Shown in pieces: positions 1-9,761 of a stretch of 64,000 nt of DNA. The DNA is from Acidimicrobiales bacterium (GTDB taxonomy: Bacteria > Actinomycetota > Acidimicrobiia > Acidimicrobiales > Palsa-688): the NCBI GenBank assembly GCA_035551615.1, contig DASZNC010000059.1, positions 13,099 through 77,098 of the forward strand, in the 5' to 3' direction. The position numbers and the translations under genes are program-made. Position 1 is the stretch's first letter; every line of letters begins with the position of its first letter. The notes under the pieces were generated by a model. It saw only the letters and a program-made list of their open reading frames with translations. It had not been told where the DNA came from and made no database searches.

Positions 1-619
1 GGGCAGGGAGGTGCTGCGGTACATCGAAGGCGACACGGTCGGTTGGGCCCTCCCCTGGCCGGACTGGTTGCGCACCGATCAACTGCTCGACGATGTCGGG
101 CGGGCGCTGGCCCGCTACCACAACGCAGCAGCCGGCTTCGCCGCCACCGGTGCCCGGTGGCAGAGCGGGCCACCGGCGACGATGAGCGGCACCCCGCTGA
201 TCGCCCACAACGACGTGGCCCCGTACAACATCGTGGCCGCCGGCGGACGGCTGGCCGGCCTCATCGACTGGGATCTGGCCGGACCGGGAACAGCCCGGGC
301 CGACCTGGCGTTCGCCGCCTGGCAGTGGGTGCCGCTGCACGGCCCGTTCGTGACGTCGCTCATGGGGTGGGACGGGTCGGACAGGCGGGAGCGGCTGCAT
401 CTGCTGCTCGAGACCTACGGGGCCGAAGCGGACGTCGACTGGGGCACGGCCGACCATTTCATCGACGCGGTCGTCGAACGGGTCGGCTACAACCGGTCGG
501 TCATGCTCGAGCGGGCGGCCGCCGGGGACCCGGCCTATCAGGCGCTGGTGGACCAGGGTCACATCGGCGGCATGGACGAGGCGCTCGGCTTCCTCGCCGG
601 CGAGGGCCGCTCGCTCTAA
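1..619 (+). CDS. aminoglycoside/antibiotic phosphotransferase (APH-like kinase) family protein, C-terminal part (5' end outside window)
   Basis: ORF 11..619 is open to the window edge. It has an HNDVAPYNI catalytic-loop-like motif and an IDWDLAG metal-binding-like motif typical of APH/choline-kinase fold. Confidence 0.55.
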   Translation, partial: GREVLRYIEGDTVGWALPWPDWLRTDQLLDDVGRALARYHNAAAGFAATGARWQSGPPATMSGTPLIAHNDVAPYNIVAAGGRLAGLIDWDLAGPGTARADLAFAAWQWVPLHGPFVTSLMGWDGSDRRERLHLLLETYGAEADVDWGTADHFIDAVVERVGYNRSVMLERAAAGDPAYQALVDQGHIGGMDEALGFLAGEGRSL

Positions 620-625
620 CCCTCG

Positions 626-691
626 TTCTGTGGTCGATTTTGCGGACTACACACGGAAAATCGACCACAGAACAACGGATCGACCACAGAA
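626..691. repeat. palindromic element copy A: TTCTGTGGTCGATTTT-15nt-AAAATCGACCACAGAA plus an adjacent third half-copy ATCGACCACAGAA; putative bidirectional terminator/REP-like element between convergent genes
   Basis: Perfect 16-nt inverted arms read directly in the sequence. The same core recurs at 49067..49117. It lies between a + gene ending at 619 and a - gene ending at 739. Confidence 0.5.
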
Positions 692-738
692 CGGTCCGGC
701 CCGCCTGCCCGCCTCGGGCCGCCGGCCGGCCGGGGGGC

Positions 739-942
739 TCAGGGCCGCGACACCGCCCGCCACAGCGACACCGGCAGCACCAGGGCGAAGAACACGGGCA
801 CCACCCACCACGCCGAGGTCCCGCTGCGGTGCACCAGCCAGGTGAGCGTCATGGCCAGCACCACGGCCACGGCGACGCGCCAGTCGTCACCGATGACGAA
901 GTCGTACCAGAAGGCCAGGAACCGGCGGACGGCATTGATCAT
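739..942 (-). CDS. small hydrophobic membrane protein (67 aa)
   Basis: Its ATG at 940-942 overlaps the stop of the upstream ORF (ATGA coupling). There are two predicted TM helices (WRVAVAVVLAMTLTWLV, WWVVPVFFALVLPVSLW). Confidence 0.4.
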   Translation of the reverse strand: MINAVRRFLAFWYDFVIGDDWRVAVAVVLAMTLTWLVHRSGTSAWWVVPVFFALVLPVSLWRAVSRP

Positions 943-1745
943 GTCGGCACCTCGACCGGGGCCACGCCCGTCCGGTCGTCCGCGTTGCGGCGCGTCCGCA
1001 GCACGGCGACGCACAGCAGGGCGTAGGCGGCCACGCCCGGCACGACCACCAACAGGGCGACGTCGTTGCCGGGCCACGTGGCGCCGGCCCCCTCGGCCCC
1101 CCAGAACATGCCGAACGATGTCAACATCACGCCCACCACGAACTTCATCGTGTTCTCCGGGACCCGGGCCAGCGGCGCCCGCACGGCAAACCCGGCGGCG
1201 GTCACCACCAGGACGGCCGACACGGCGGCCACTGCGGCCAGAGGGATGTCCTTCTGGTTGCTGCCGAAGGTGAGCGTGATGAAGACCACCTCGAGGCCCT
1301 CCAGCACCACCCCCTTGAACGACAGGGTGAACGCATACCAGTCGTCGACCACGCCCCGCTGCTGCCGGGCGGCCGTCTCCGCCGCCGCCACCTGCTTCAG
1401 GTAGATGGCCGCCTCGTCGTGCAGGGCCTTGTGGCCGCTGGCCCGCAGGATGGCCTTGCGCAGCCACTGGACCCCGAACACCAGCAACAGGCCACCCACG
1501 ATCAGCCGCAACCAGTGCAGGGGGATGGCCGAGACGCCCGGACCCAGGGCAGCCACGATCACGGCCAGCACCACCAACCCGGCGCCCACGCCGGCCAGGG
1601 CCGACCGCCACGATCTGGTGGTCCCGGCGGCCAGCACGATGGTCGTGGCCTCCACCGCCTCGACGGCGCAGGCCAGGAACACAGCGGCGAACAGTGCGCC
1701 CGCTCCTCCAGTCACGCCGGCCAGCCTAGTGACGGCCCCCGGCAT
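939..1745 (-). CDS. polytopic integral membrane protein of unknown function (internally duplicated halves)
   Basis: 268-aa ORF with about 8 hydrophobic helices. The two halves show similar patterns (LAAGTTRSW..VLAVIVAALG and LAAVAAVSAVLVVTAAGFAV). It is translationally coupled to 739..942. Confidence 0.55.
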   Translation of the reverse strand: MPGAVTRLAGVTGGAGALFAAVFLACAVEAVEATTIVLAAGTTRSWRSALAGVGAGLVVLAVIVAALGPGVSAIPLHWLRLIVGGLLLVFGVQWLRKAILRASGHKALHDEAAIYLKQVAAAETAARQQRGVVDDWYAFTLSFKGVVLEGLEVVFITLTFGSNQKDIPLAAVAAVSAVLVVTAAGFAVRAPLARVPENTMKFVVGVMLTSFGMFWGAEGAGATWPGNDVALLVVVPGVAAYALLCVAVLRTRRNADDRTGVAPVEVPT

Positions 1746-1778
1746 TCCTGAATCGGCCGCTGAGCCGGCGGCCCGGCC

Positions 1779-2546
1779 TCAGCGGCCGAGGATGTCGACG
1801 ACCGCATCAGCCGCCGCCGACGGTCGTCCCAACTCGGCCATCCGGCCCCCTCCCGCTCCGGCCAGCGCCCGGCAGGCATCCAGGGATTCGGCCTCCGGCG
1901 CCAACGCCAGGACGTGCAGAGGTACACCCATGGCCGCGGCGGCCGCGGCGATGGGCAAAGGGTCCCCGCCTTCATTGGCCATCCCGTCGCTCAGGAGTAC
2001 GACGTCGCGGCGGGCGACCGACGCTTCGGCCATCTGGGCCAGGGCGGCCCGCAGTCCGCCCTCCAGGTCGGTGGTGTCACCACCACGGAGGGCGAGGACC
2101 CGATCGACGGCGGTCGACACCGGCCCGACGTCGCGGATGTGACGCAGGACCACCGCCTTGGACCAGAACGCCACCACGGCCAGCTGGTCGCCCGGTCCGG
2201 TGCGGGCGGCCAACGCGGCGGCGGTGATCACGGCCGTGGCGAGGGGCGGGCCGGTGACCGATCCCGATGCGTCGACCACGAGCACCACGGCCCGGCCGGG
2301 CCGGCGCCAGCCCCTCCACCGCAGGTCCTCGGCCCGCAGTTCGGGGTGCTCGCCCAGGCGTTCAACGGTTGCGTCGATGTCGAGGTCCACGCCCCCGTCG
2401 CGGACCGGCCCCAAGCGGGCCGATCCACCGGGGCGGGACGGGCCGGCCCGCCGGGCGGCCGGGATCACGAGGGCGGCGGCCAGATCCCGGGCCTGGGCCC
2501 GCAACCGGGGATCGGTGGCCCGGGTCAGGTCGGCCAGGAGGGCCAC
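1779..2546 (-). CDS. VWA (von Willebrand factor A) domain protein, partner of MoxR ATPase
   Basis: MIDAS motif DASGS in VVLVVDASGSVTG plus downstream T and D residues. It sits downstream of the MoxR gene. The true start may be an alternative codon further upstream, up to about 2710. Confidence 0.7.
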   Translation of the reverse strand: MALLADLTRATDPRLRAQARDLAAALVIPAARRAGPSRPGGSARLGPVRDGGVDLDIDATVERLGEHPELRAEDLRWRGWRRPGRAVVLVVDASGSVTGPPLATAVITAAALAARTGPGDQLAVVAFWSKAVVLRHIRDVGPVSTAVDRVLALRGGDTTDLEGGLRAALAQMAEASVARRDVVLLSDGMANEGGDPLPIAAAAAAMGVPLHVLALAPEAESLDACRALAGAGGGRMAELGRPSAAADAVVDILGR

Positions 2547-2713
2547 GCCCTCGTCGAGGTCGTCGTCGAGGGCGCCGGCCAGGGCGGCGGCATCCAGGGC
2601 ACCGACCTCGGGCGAGACGTCCTCGAGTTGGGGGTGGGATCGCCGGATCTCGTCGCGCGAAAGGGTGCGCCGATTCTGCTGGCGGAGGAGTTCCTCGACC
2701 TCGCCGGGGTCGG

Positions 2714-3622
2714 TTACGGGCGATCCGGGCCGGTGCTGGTCCGGGCCGTCTCCGCCGGCGGGCGGGGGGCCGGACCGCTCACTTTTCCCGGCGGGTCCGG
2801 AGCCGCCGCTGCCCAGATCTCCTCGATCACCGCCTCTGCGCTACGGGTGACGCCCTCACGGACGGTGACCCGCCCCGACAGGGCGGTCAGAGCCGCATCG
2901 ATCCCGACGAGATCACGCTCGGCCCGCAGGGCGGCCAGCTCCGAGGCGACAGCCACCACGTCGATGGCCCCCCGCACCGACGAGCCGACCCGCAGGTCGG
3001 GATGGGTCCGGGTGAGCCGCACCGCCCGCACCGCCCGGGCCACCAGACCGGGCGGGCCCGGGGCGACGCGCGAGACGATGGCCGTCTCCTCCGCCTCCTC
3101 CTGGTAGCCGACCGCCACCCGGCAGGTGCGGTCGTAGAGGGCGGGTGTGATCCGGCCCGTCCCGATGGCGTCGAAGGGGTTCATGGCGGCGACCAGCCGG
3201 AAGGTGGGGGCGGCCACTACCTCGCCATAGCGGGGAACCTGCATGCGGCGCTCGGAGAGCACCCCGAGGAGCACGTTGAGCGTCTCTTCCGGGACCCGGT
3301 TCAGTTCCTCGACGTACAGGAGCGAGCCGGTCGTCATGGCCTGCATCAGAGGGCCGGGCATGAAGGTGTCGTTGCGGTAACCGTCGCTCAGCACCCGGGA
3401 CGGATCGTGGTGCCCGATGAGGCGGGCCGGCGACAGCTCGGCGTTGCCCTCGACGAGGAACAGGTCGACCCCGGCGCCGGTGGCCAGCGCCCGCAGGAGG
3501 GTCGTCTTCCCCGTTCCGGGCGGCCCTTCGAGCAGGACACTCCGCCCGGCGGCCAGCGCCGCGGCGACCACTTCGATGTCGCGCTGGCGCCCGACCAGGA
3601 CGTCCCGGGCGGCGGCCACCAT
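2714..3622 (-). CDS. MoxR-like AAA+ ATPase
   Basis: Walker A LLEGPPGTGKT, Walker B LLYVEELNR, VPRYGEVVAAPTFRLVAAMNP and the MoxR C-terminal region. ATG at 3620-3622 (the ORF track extends to a TTG at 3646). Confidence 0.85.
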   Translation of the reverse strand: MVAAARDVLVGRQRDIEVVAAALAAGRSVLLEGPPGTGKTTLLRALATGAGVDLFLVEGNAELSPARLIGHHDPSRVLSDGYRNDTFMPGPLMQAMTTGSLLYVEELNRVPEETLNVLLGVLSERRMQVPRYGEVVAAPTFRLVAAMNPFDAIGTGRITPALYDRTCRVAVGYQEEAEETAIVSRVAPGPPGLVARAVRAVRLTRTHPDLRVGSSVRGAIDVVAVASELAALRAERDLVGIDAALTALSGRVTVREGVTRSAEAVIEEIWAAAAPDPPGKVSGPAPRPPAETARTSTGPDRP

Positions 3623-3642
3623 GGCCGCCGCCGGCAGGACGC

Positions 3643-4764
3643 TCAATCGAAGAGGACGACGCCGCGGATGTTCTTTCCGGCGTGCATGTCCTCGTACCCC
3701 TGCGCAACCTGATCGAGGCGGTAGGTGTTGGTCACCAACTCGTCCAGCTTCAGCTTGCCGTCCCGGTACATCTGCGCCTGGCGCAGAATGTCGGAGCTCG
3801 GGTTGGATGCGCCGAACAGCGAGCCCTGGATCCGCTTCTGGAACAGTGTCAGCTCGCCCAGCGAGATGGGCAGGCCCACCTCCATCAGGTTGCCCAGGCC
3901 CGTGACCACCACCGTGCCCGCCTTACGGGTGGCGGCGAAAGCCTGGGCCACGTGATCTCCTTTGACCACACCTATCGTCACGATGACGGCGTCCGCCCCC
4001 TGACCGTTGGTGAAGCTCTTGGCCAGCTCGTCGGCCTCGGCGATGTCGGCGAAGGCGTGGGTGGCGCCCAGTTGCAGCGCCTTCTCCCGCTTCAGCTCGA
4101 CCGGATCGACGGCGATGACGTTGGTGGCGCCGGCCGCCGCCGCCCCCTGCACGGCATTGATGCCGATGCCACCTATGCCCATCACGATGACGGTGTCGCC
4201 AGGGCGCACGTCGGCCGAGTTGACCGCCGATCCCCAACCGGTGCCCACGCCGCAACCGAGCAGGCACACCTTGTCGAGCGGGAGGTCCTTGTCGACCTTG
4301 ACCGCTGACGCCAGGCTCACCACGGTGTGCTCGGCGAAGGTCGAGATACCGCACATCTGGCCGACCGGCTCACCGTCGACGGTGTGCATGCGGTAGCTGG
4401 TCGGGTCCTCCGGCCGGCCGCCGGACAGGAGACCGGCCCCCAGATCGCAGAGGTTCTGCATGCCGGCCGCACACCACCGGCAGCGACCGCACCCGGGCAG
4501 GAAGGAGAACACGACGTGGTCGCCGACCTCGAAGCCGCCGGTGTTCGGGCCGATCTTCTCGACCACGCCGGCGCCCTCGTGACCACCGCAGAACGGATAA
4601 ACCGCGACCGGGATGTCCCCCGTGGCGATGTGGTCGTCGGAGTGGCACAGCCCGGAGGCGGCCATCCGGATGAGCAACTCGCCCTGGCGGGGCTCGTCCA
4701 GTTCGATGTCTATGGTCTCGTAGCTGCCGGGCGCCGAGGCGATGACAGATCCGCGGGTACGCAT
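3643..4764 (-). CDS. zinc-dependent alcohol dehydrogenase, class III/NDMA-dependent ADH-like (MDR superfamily)
   Basis: GLCHSDDH catalytic zinc motif, CGRCRWC structural zinc Cys cluster and a GIGGIGINAVQGA Rossmann motif. 373 aa, typical length. Confidence 0.85.
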   Translation of the reverse strand: MRTRGSVIASAPGSYETIDIELDEPRQGELLIRMAASGLCHSDDHIATGDIPVAVYPFCGGHEGAGVVEKIGPNTGGFEVGDHVVFSFLPGCGRCRWCAAGMQNLCDLGAGLLSGGRPEDPTSYRMHTVDGEPVGQMCGISTFAEHTVVSLASAVKVDKDLPLDKVCLLGCGVGTGWGSAVNSADVRPGDTVIVMGIGGIGINAVQGAAAAGATNVIAVDPVELKREKALQLGATHAFADIAEADELAKSFTNGQGADAVIVTIGVVKGDHVAQAFAATRKAGTVVVTGLGNLMEVGLPISLGELTLFQKRIQGSLFGASNPSSDILRQAQMYRDGKLKLDELVTNTYRLDQVAQGYEDMHAGKNIRGVVLFD

Positions 4765-4861
4765 GGTGACTCCCCCTTGTCGGTTGGCGGTCTCCGGTCG
4801 ACTCTAGGCCCGTGTTATATCGCCTGCGCCAGACGGTCCGCCTCCAATACGGTGATCGGCC

Positions 4862-6484
4862 GTGTTGTCGGCCCGAGGAGTGACCATTCAAAGGGGCACC
4901 CAGGTGGTGCTCGATTCGGTCTCCCTGTCGGTCGACCGGGGCTCGCGCCTGGGCGTGGTCGGTCCCAACGGCGTGGGCAAGAGCACCCTGCTGCGGGTTC
5001 TCGCCGGCCAGCAGGTCCCCGACCAGGGTGTCATCGAGAAGGCGCCGGCGTCGCTGCGGATCGCCTTCCTGGCCCAGGAAACCGATGCCCTTCCGGGCGA
5101 GTACCTGCTCAATTACCTGGGCCGCCGGACCGGCGTGGCCGAGGCGTCGGCCGAACTGGACCGGCAGACCGAGCTGCTGGCCACCGACCCTTCTGCGGTT
5201 GACGCCTACTCGGACGCGCTCGATACGTTCATCGCCGCCGGTGGCGGGGATTTCGAGACCCGGGTGGGGACGGTGGCGGCCGAGGTGGGACTGCCCCCGG
5301 ACCGGCTCCAGGTCCCGGTGATCGATTACTCCGGAGGCCAGTCGGCCCGGGCCCGGCTGGCCGCCGTCCTGCTCACCCGCGCCGATGTGCTGCTGCTCGA
5401 CGAACCGACCAACGACCTCGACTTCGCCGGGCTGGACCTGCTCGAGTCGGCGGTCGGCCGCTTCGACGGGGCGGTGGTGATGGTGTCCCACGACCGGGCC
5501 TTCCTCGACCGGGCGGCCACGCGCGTGCTCGAGATCGAGGAGCACACCCACCGGTCCACCGAATACGCCGGGGCGTGGTCGGAATACGTCGAGCGGCGGG
5601 CCCTGGCCCGCTCGCAGGCCTCCGCTGCGTTCGCCGACTGGAAGGCGGAACGGGACCGGCTGCGGGCCCGTGTGCGCACCCAGCGCTCGTGGTCGGAGGA
5701 GGGCGTGCGCAAGGCGACCCGCAAGCCGAAGGACAACGACAAGGCGCAACGTGACTTCCGGATCAACCGCACCGAGAAGCAGGCCTCCAAGGTGCGCACC
5801 TCGGAACGGGTGCTCGACAAACTGGGCACGGTGGACAAGCCCTGGGAGGGCTGGGACCTGCACCTGGACCTGGCCCACGACGGGCGCAGCGGCGACCGCG
5901 TGGCCCGCCTGTCCGACGCCGTCGTCCGCCGGGGCGCCTGGCAACTGGGACCGGTGGACCTGGAGATCGGGTGGGCCGAACGCATCGTGGTCACCGGGCC
6001 GAACGGCGGTGGCAAGTCGACCCTGCTCGCCGCCCTGCTCGGCACCATCGCGCCGTCCTCCGGGGACCGGTGGGTGGGGCCGTCGGTCCGATTCGGCGAA
6101 CTGGATCAGCGGCGCAGCCGGGTCGACCCGGGAGTGTCGCTCGCTGATGCGTTCACAACCTCCACCGGGGTCACGACCGAAGAAGCCCGGTCGACGCTGG
6201 CCAAGTTCGGGCTCGGCGCCTCCCACGTCGGCCGCTCGGTCGGCCGCCTGTCGCCGGGCGAGCGGACCCGGGCCCAGCTGGCCGAACTGATGCTGCTCGG
6301 TACCAACTGCCTGGTGCTCGACGAGCCGACCAACCATCTCGACCTGCCGGCCATCGAACAGCTCGAGGAGGCCATGGAGTCCTTCGCCGGCACGCTGCTG
6401 GTCATCACCCACGACCGCTGGCTGCTCGACGGGCTGCGGGTGGACCGGGCCATCGAGGTGGCCGACGGGACGGTGCGCGGCTAG
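4862..6484 (+). CDS. ABC-F family ATPase (tandem ABC domains, no TMD; translation-factor/resistance-type)
   Basis: Two Walker A motifs ([18 protein letters not shown]), two LSGGQ-like signatures ([16 protein letters not shown]) and a charged inter-domain linker. Confidence 0.9.
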   Translation: MLSARGVTIQRGTQVVLDSVSLSVDRGSRLGVVGPNGVGKSTLLRVLAGQQVPDQGVIEKAPASLRIAFLAQETDALPGEYLLNYLGRRTGVAEASAELDRQTELLATDPSAVDAYSDALDTFIAAGGGDFETRVGTVAAEVGLPPDRLQVPVIDYSGGQSARARLAAVLLTRADVLLLDEPTNDLDFAGLDLLESAVGRFDGAVVMVSHDRAFLDRAATRVLEIEEHTHRSTEYAGAWSEYVERRALARSQASAAFADWKAERDRLRARVRTQRSWSEEGVRKATRKPKDNDKAQRDFRINRTEKQASKVRTSERVLDKLGTVDKPWEGWDLHLDLAHDGRSGDRVARLSDAVVRRGAWQLGPVDLEIGWAERIVVTGPNGGGKSTLLAALLGTIAPSSGDRWVGPSVRFGELDQRRSRVDPGVSLADAFTTSTGVTTEEARSTLAKFGLGASHVGRSVGRLSPGERTRAQLAELMLLGTNCLVLDEPTNHLDLPAIEQLEEAMESFAGTLLVITHDRWLLDGLRVDRAIEVADGTVRG

Positions 6485-6544
6485 CCGGTCGGCGGCCGAC
6501 ATACGGCCCGGCGGCGGGCCAGCAGGCGGCGGCCCCGTGCGGGA

Positions 6545-7786
6545 CTAACCGGCCGGTGGGCGGACCGGCACTGTGAAATCGTCGAACACGGCCGGTGTGA
6601 TGGCCGTCGGAGCAACGCCGGGCGGGACCGACACCTGCACTGCCTGGACGTGTATGTCCTGGGCCGAGACCCGGATACGGGTGTAGCCGTAGTGGCCGCT
6701 GTCCACTGCTTGGATCGTCACGCCGGCCAGGCCGGGGAACGTGGCCGGCAGTTTCAGCGCGACGACGTCGGCGGCGATGGCGTGCAGGTTGTGGTAGCCG
6801 CCGTTGCCGGCGACGAGGTAGGTGAGTGAACCGGAGCCATCAACCAGGGACGCGTCGCGGGAGTGGCGCTGGTAGTCGTGCACATGCCCGGCGCAGATCA
6901 GGTCGGGGAGCCGCTTGGTCGCCTTCATGGCGTCGTCCAGCACCCCGATCATGTAGGCGCTGGAGCTGTGATAGGCGTCGGCCGAGATGGGCGGGTGGTG
7001 CATGGTCACGATGAGCGCCTTGCCGGCCGGTGCGGCGGTCAGTTCGGAATGCAGCCAGGCCACCTGGGTGGCGTCCATCTCGCCGTACTCGGGGACGTTG
7101 GTGTACAACCCGATGATCGTCGCCAATGGCGTATCCAGCGTCCAGTAGACGTTGGGCTGGGTCATGGTCGTCCGACCGGTGTCGCCGGCCGCCGGGTTGG
7201 TCGCCGGGGCGGTGGTGCAGAAGTTCTGGATGAAGCCGTCGAGCGTTGTCTGGCCGGCATTCAGTGGGTCGCCGTCGTGGTTGCCGGGCACTGCGAATAT
7301 CGGCGCCGTGTAGTGGACATACGGGTCGTAGAACTGGGGGTAGTACTGCGACTCCTGGCCGTTGAAGTAGACGCAGTCGCCCAGCACGTACAGGAAGCTG
7401 GGCACCCATCCGGCCGCCGGGGCGGTGATGTCGCGTTCCATGGCCTCGGCCACGTTCTGCTGCGGGAGCGGGTTGGCGATCCCCCCGGTGTCGCCGACCA
7501 TGTGGAACGTCATGGCACCGGCCTTCGTGATGGCGGCGACGGCGGCGTCGCCCAGGACCGACGCCAGATCCAGGTGAAAGGGCGACGGACCGACGGGAGG
7601 CGGCAGGGGCTGGAAGGCCTGACCGCTGGCCGGCGTGGACTGGGGCCCGTCGGCCGCCAGCAGCCGCCGGCGCCCGAACCGGTGACCGGTCGGTGACTGC
7701 GGATGGGGGGTATCGGAGCCGAGGGGCGTGTCGGGGCCGGGAGGGGTTGCGGGGCCGGGAGGGGTGTCGGGGCCAGGAGGGGTCAC
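6545..7786 (-). CDS. calcineurin-like metallophosphoesterase
   Basis: GDTGG, GNHD, HHPP and GHVHDYQR metallophos motifs. An N-terminal Pro-rich TPPGPD repeat and an RRRLLAA twin-Arg-like motif make the true start uncertain. Confidence 0.75.
   Translation of the reverse strand: MTPPGPDTPPGPATPPGPDTPLGSDTPHPQSPTGHRFGRRRLLAADGPQSTPASGQAFQPLPPPVGPSPFHLDLASVLGDAAVAAITKAGAMTFHMVGDTGGIANPLPQQNVAEAMERDITAPAAGWVPSFLYVLGDCVYFNGQESQYYPQFYDPYVHYTAPIFAVPGNHDGDPLNAGQTTLDGFIQNFCTTAPATNPAAGDTGRTTMTQPNVYWTLDTPLATIIGLYTNVPEYGEMDATQVAWLHSELTAAPAGKALIVTMHHPPISADAYHSSSAYMIGVLDDAMKATKRLPDLICAGHVHDYQRHSRDASLVDGSGSLTYLVAGNGGYHNLHAIAADVVALKLPATFPGLAGVTIQAVDSGHYGYTRIRVSAQDIHVQAVQVSVPPGVAPTAITPAVFDDFTVPVRPPAG
7711..7782. 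repeat. 18-nt GC-rich tandem repeat (GTCGGGGCCGGGAGGGGT-like, ~4 copies)
   Basis: Read directly in the sequence. It corresponds to the TPPGPD repeats at the annotated 5' end of the phosphoesterase ORF. Confidence 0.5.
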
Positions 7787-7811
7787 CGCCCGACCCTATG
7801 CCTCGGCCCGG

Positions 7812-8165
7812 CTACTGCTGGACGAGAGTGAGCGGGTTGCCTTCGGGGTCCTCGACGAACGCCATGGTCGGTCCGCCGGGCAGGTCGAACGGGTCGGATG
7901 TGACCTTCCCGCCCAGGTCGGCGGCCAGGGTCAGGCTGGCCCGGATGTCACGGACCTGCACGTACAGGACCACCCCGGAGGTCGATCCCTCGCGGATGTG
8001 ACCGGCCGGTCCCGGCTCGGGCCCCCCGAGTCCCGGGGTGATGAACCTGATGTCGCCGTCGGTGACGGTCCAGTTGAACAGCCGGCCATAGAAGGCAGCC
8101 TGGCGCTCGGCGTCGCGGGCGACGATCTCCCAGTGGACCACCGGACGGGCCCAGTCGTCGGCCAT
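7812..8165 (-). CDS. VOC (glyoxalase/bleomycin-resistance/dioxygenase) family protein
   Basis: 117-aa product from ATG 8163-8165. HWEIVARD ... GGPEPGPAGHI ... AFVEDPEGNPL single-domain glyoxalase pattern. Confidence 0.7.
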   Translation of the reverse strand: MADDWARPVVHWEIVARDAERQAAFYGRLFNWTVTDGDIRFITPGLGGPEPGPAGHIREGSTSGVVLYVQVRDIRASLTLAADLGGKVTSDPFDLPGGPTMAFVEDPEGNPLTLVQQ

Positions 8166-8166
8166 T

Positions 8167-8445
8167 TCAGTCCAGCTCCTCGAAGCGGGCGCTGCGTACG
8201 GTGGCCGCATCGACGAACGCCATGAACTCCTGAGCCACGGGATCGGTCTTCCACTTCTCGTCACAGGCGTCGGCTGCGTCCGCCGACTCCCACAGGTCGA
8301 GCACCAGCCACGATCCGCGCTCCGAACGGCCGGTGGTGCGCCGCAGCAGCCCCGGTTGCTGGTAGGCGAAGTCGGTCTGGACCCGCTTGTCGGCGGCGAT
8401 GAACCGGTCGACGTCGGCTCCTTCGATCAGGTCGAAGACGAGCAT
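8167..8445 (-). CDS. small alpha/beta protein, possibly ABM/Dabb-like (92 aa)
   Basis: ORF tail starting MLVFDLIEGADVDRFIAADKRV. It is tightly coupled: its stop at 8167 is 1 nt from the downstream gene start at 8165. Confidence 0.45.
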   Translation of the reverse strand: MLVFDLIEGADVDRFIAADKRVQTDFAYQQPGLLRRTTGRSERGSWLVLDLWESADAADACDEKWKTDPVAQEFMAFVDAATVRSARFEELD

Positions 8446-8450
8446 CTCGA

Positions 8451-9328
8451 TCACGGCTGGAGGGTAGCGCCGGCCTCGACCTGCCGGGCGAGAAATGGCA
8501 GGGCGGCCAGTGACCGCATGGTGTCGTTGAGATGGGTGCAGGTGCTCGGTCCGACGAACTCCCGCCGCACCCGGTCCCGCAGATCGGCCGGGTGGGTGCC
8601 GGCCAGGCGGCCGGCGCTGGCCACGGCGCCCGGGCACTCGACCCAGGGCAGGACACCGATCTCTGCGTGAATGGACCGGAAGACGCCGGTCCGGCGGTCG
8701 ATCATCGCTCTCACCAGGTACTCGTGCACCACCCACTCGTCACCCTCGGCGTCGATGTGAGAATCCCGGAAGAAGGCTTCGACCTCGAGGGACTCTTCGG
8801 CGGCGGCGGGCCACACATCGATGCGCCGGAGCCGCCGCATGGAGTGCGGTCCGGCCCCCGCAATCGGGTGCCACCCGTCGGGATCGGCCGACAGCACCGC
8901 GGGTGCGGGCGGGCCGGTCACCTCGGGCGGATAGCCCAGCTCCTCACCCTCCACCAGGATCGTCGCGCCGGTGGCCCAGCCGGCACAGACGTCCGCCTTG
9001 TCCCGGACGTGGAACTGGCCCTTCGGCGGGTGGATGCCCGCCGCCGCAATCGGGAACCCGGCCAACAGCCCGACCGTGCCGAAGTCGTCGAGCAGCTGAT
9101 ACCGGAGGGAGCGGGCCCGATCCTCAGCGTCCCGATCCTCACCGTCCCGATCCTCGTCGTGCTGGTCGTCGGCGCCGGCCAGGTCGGCCAGGCTGCGCCG
9201 GAAGCCGGATGAGACCGACCGGCCGACCAGACCGGCGAAGCGGTCGTCGCCCGGGGTCACGGTCAGCGACCTGAGGACACTGCCCTCTATCAGGCTGAAC
9301 TCGGCCTCGACGGACGCCTCGGCGATCA
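8451..9328 (-). CDS. DUF2889-like conserved hypothetical protein
   Basis: An ATG near 9326-9328 (MIAEASVEAEF...) gives about 290 aa. Conserved Cys motifs ADVCAGWATGA and WVECPGAV. The start coordinate is approximate. Confidence 0.55.
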
Positions 9329-9761
9329 TTCGGGTGGCGCCGGCTGCGGACGTCCACAAATCCCGGCCGGCACTGAGCACGTGCACCGGACCGAGCACCC
9401 CTTCGGGCCGCCGGGCGACCTGGCTGGTCGTACGCCGTACCGATGCCGGGCGCCGATCCGGCGTGCCGGCGTGCGGTTGATGAGGCCCCCGCTTGGGATG
9501 GAGGATGCGCTCGCCCACGACGGCCACCGTAGTGTCACCTGGTGCCAGCTTTCCCCGGCGCCGACCGGTTCCACCTGGCCCGACCCGGTCAGGATGGTCG
9601 CAGTCGCGGGTTCGGCGGGTCGGGCCGGCGGCCCGACCCGGCTCCAACGGGAGACAACACGTAATCGCGAATATCGCCCGGACCGACCGTTTCAGTACCC
9701 CGCCGGCGGGCGCCGGCGGGGCCCGCCGACACAGGGCGTCCGGAGTCCCTACGCTGCCGCA

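Noticed and set aside
2267-3712. 481-aa plus-strand ORF
   Set aside because: It is antisense to the MoxR and VWA genes.
4370-6502. 710-aa minus-strand ORF
   Set aside because: It is antisense to the ABC-F ATPase gene and has an Arg/Gly/Pro-rich composition with no motifs.
6545-7786. Tat signal assignment for the metallophosphoesterase
   Set aside because: The RRRLLAA motif lies ~35 residues into the ORF and is followed by a weakly hydrophobic stretch, so a Tat or Sec signal cannot be asserted.
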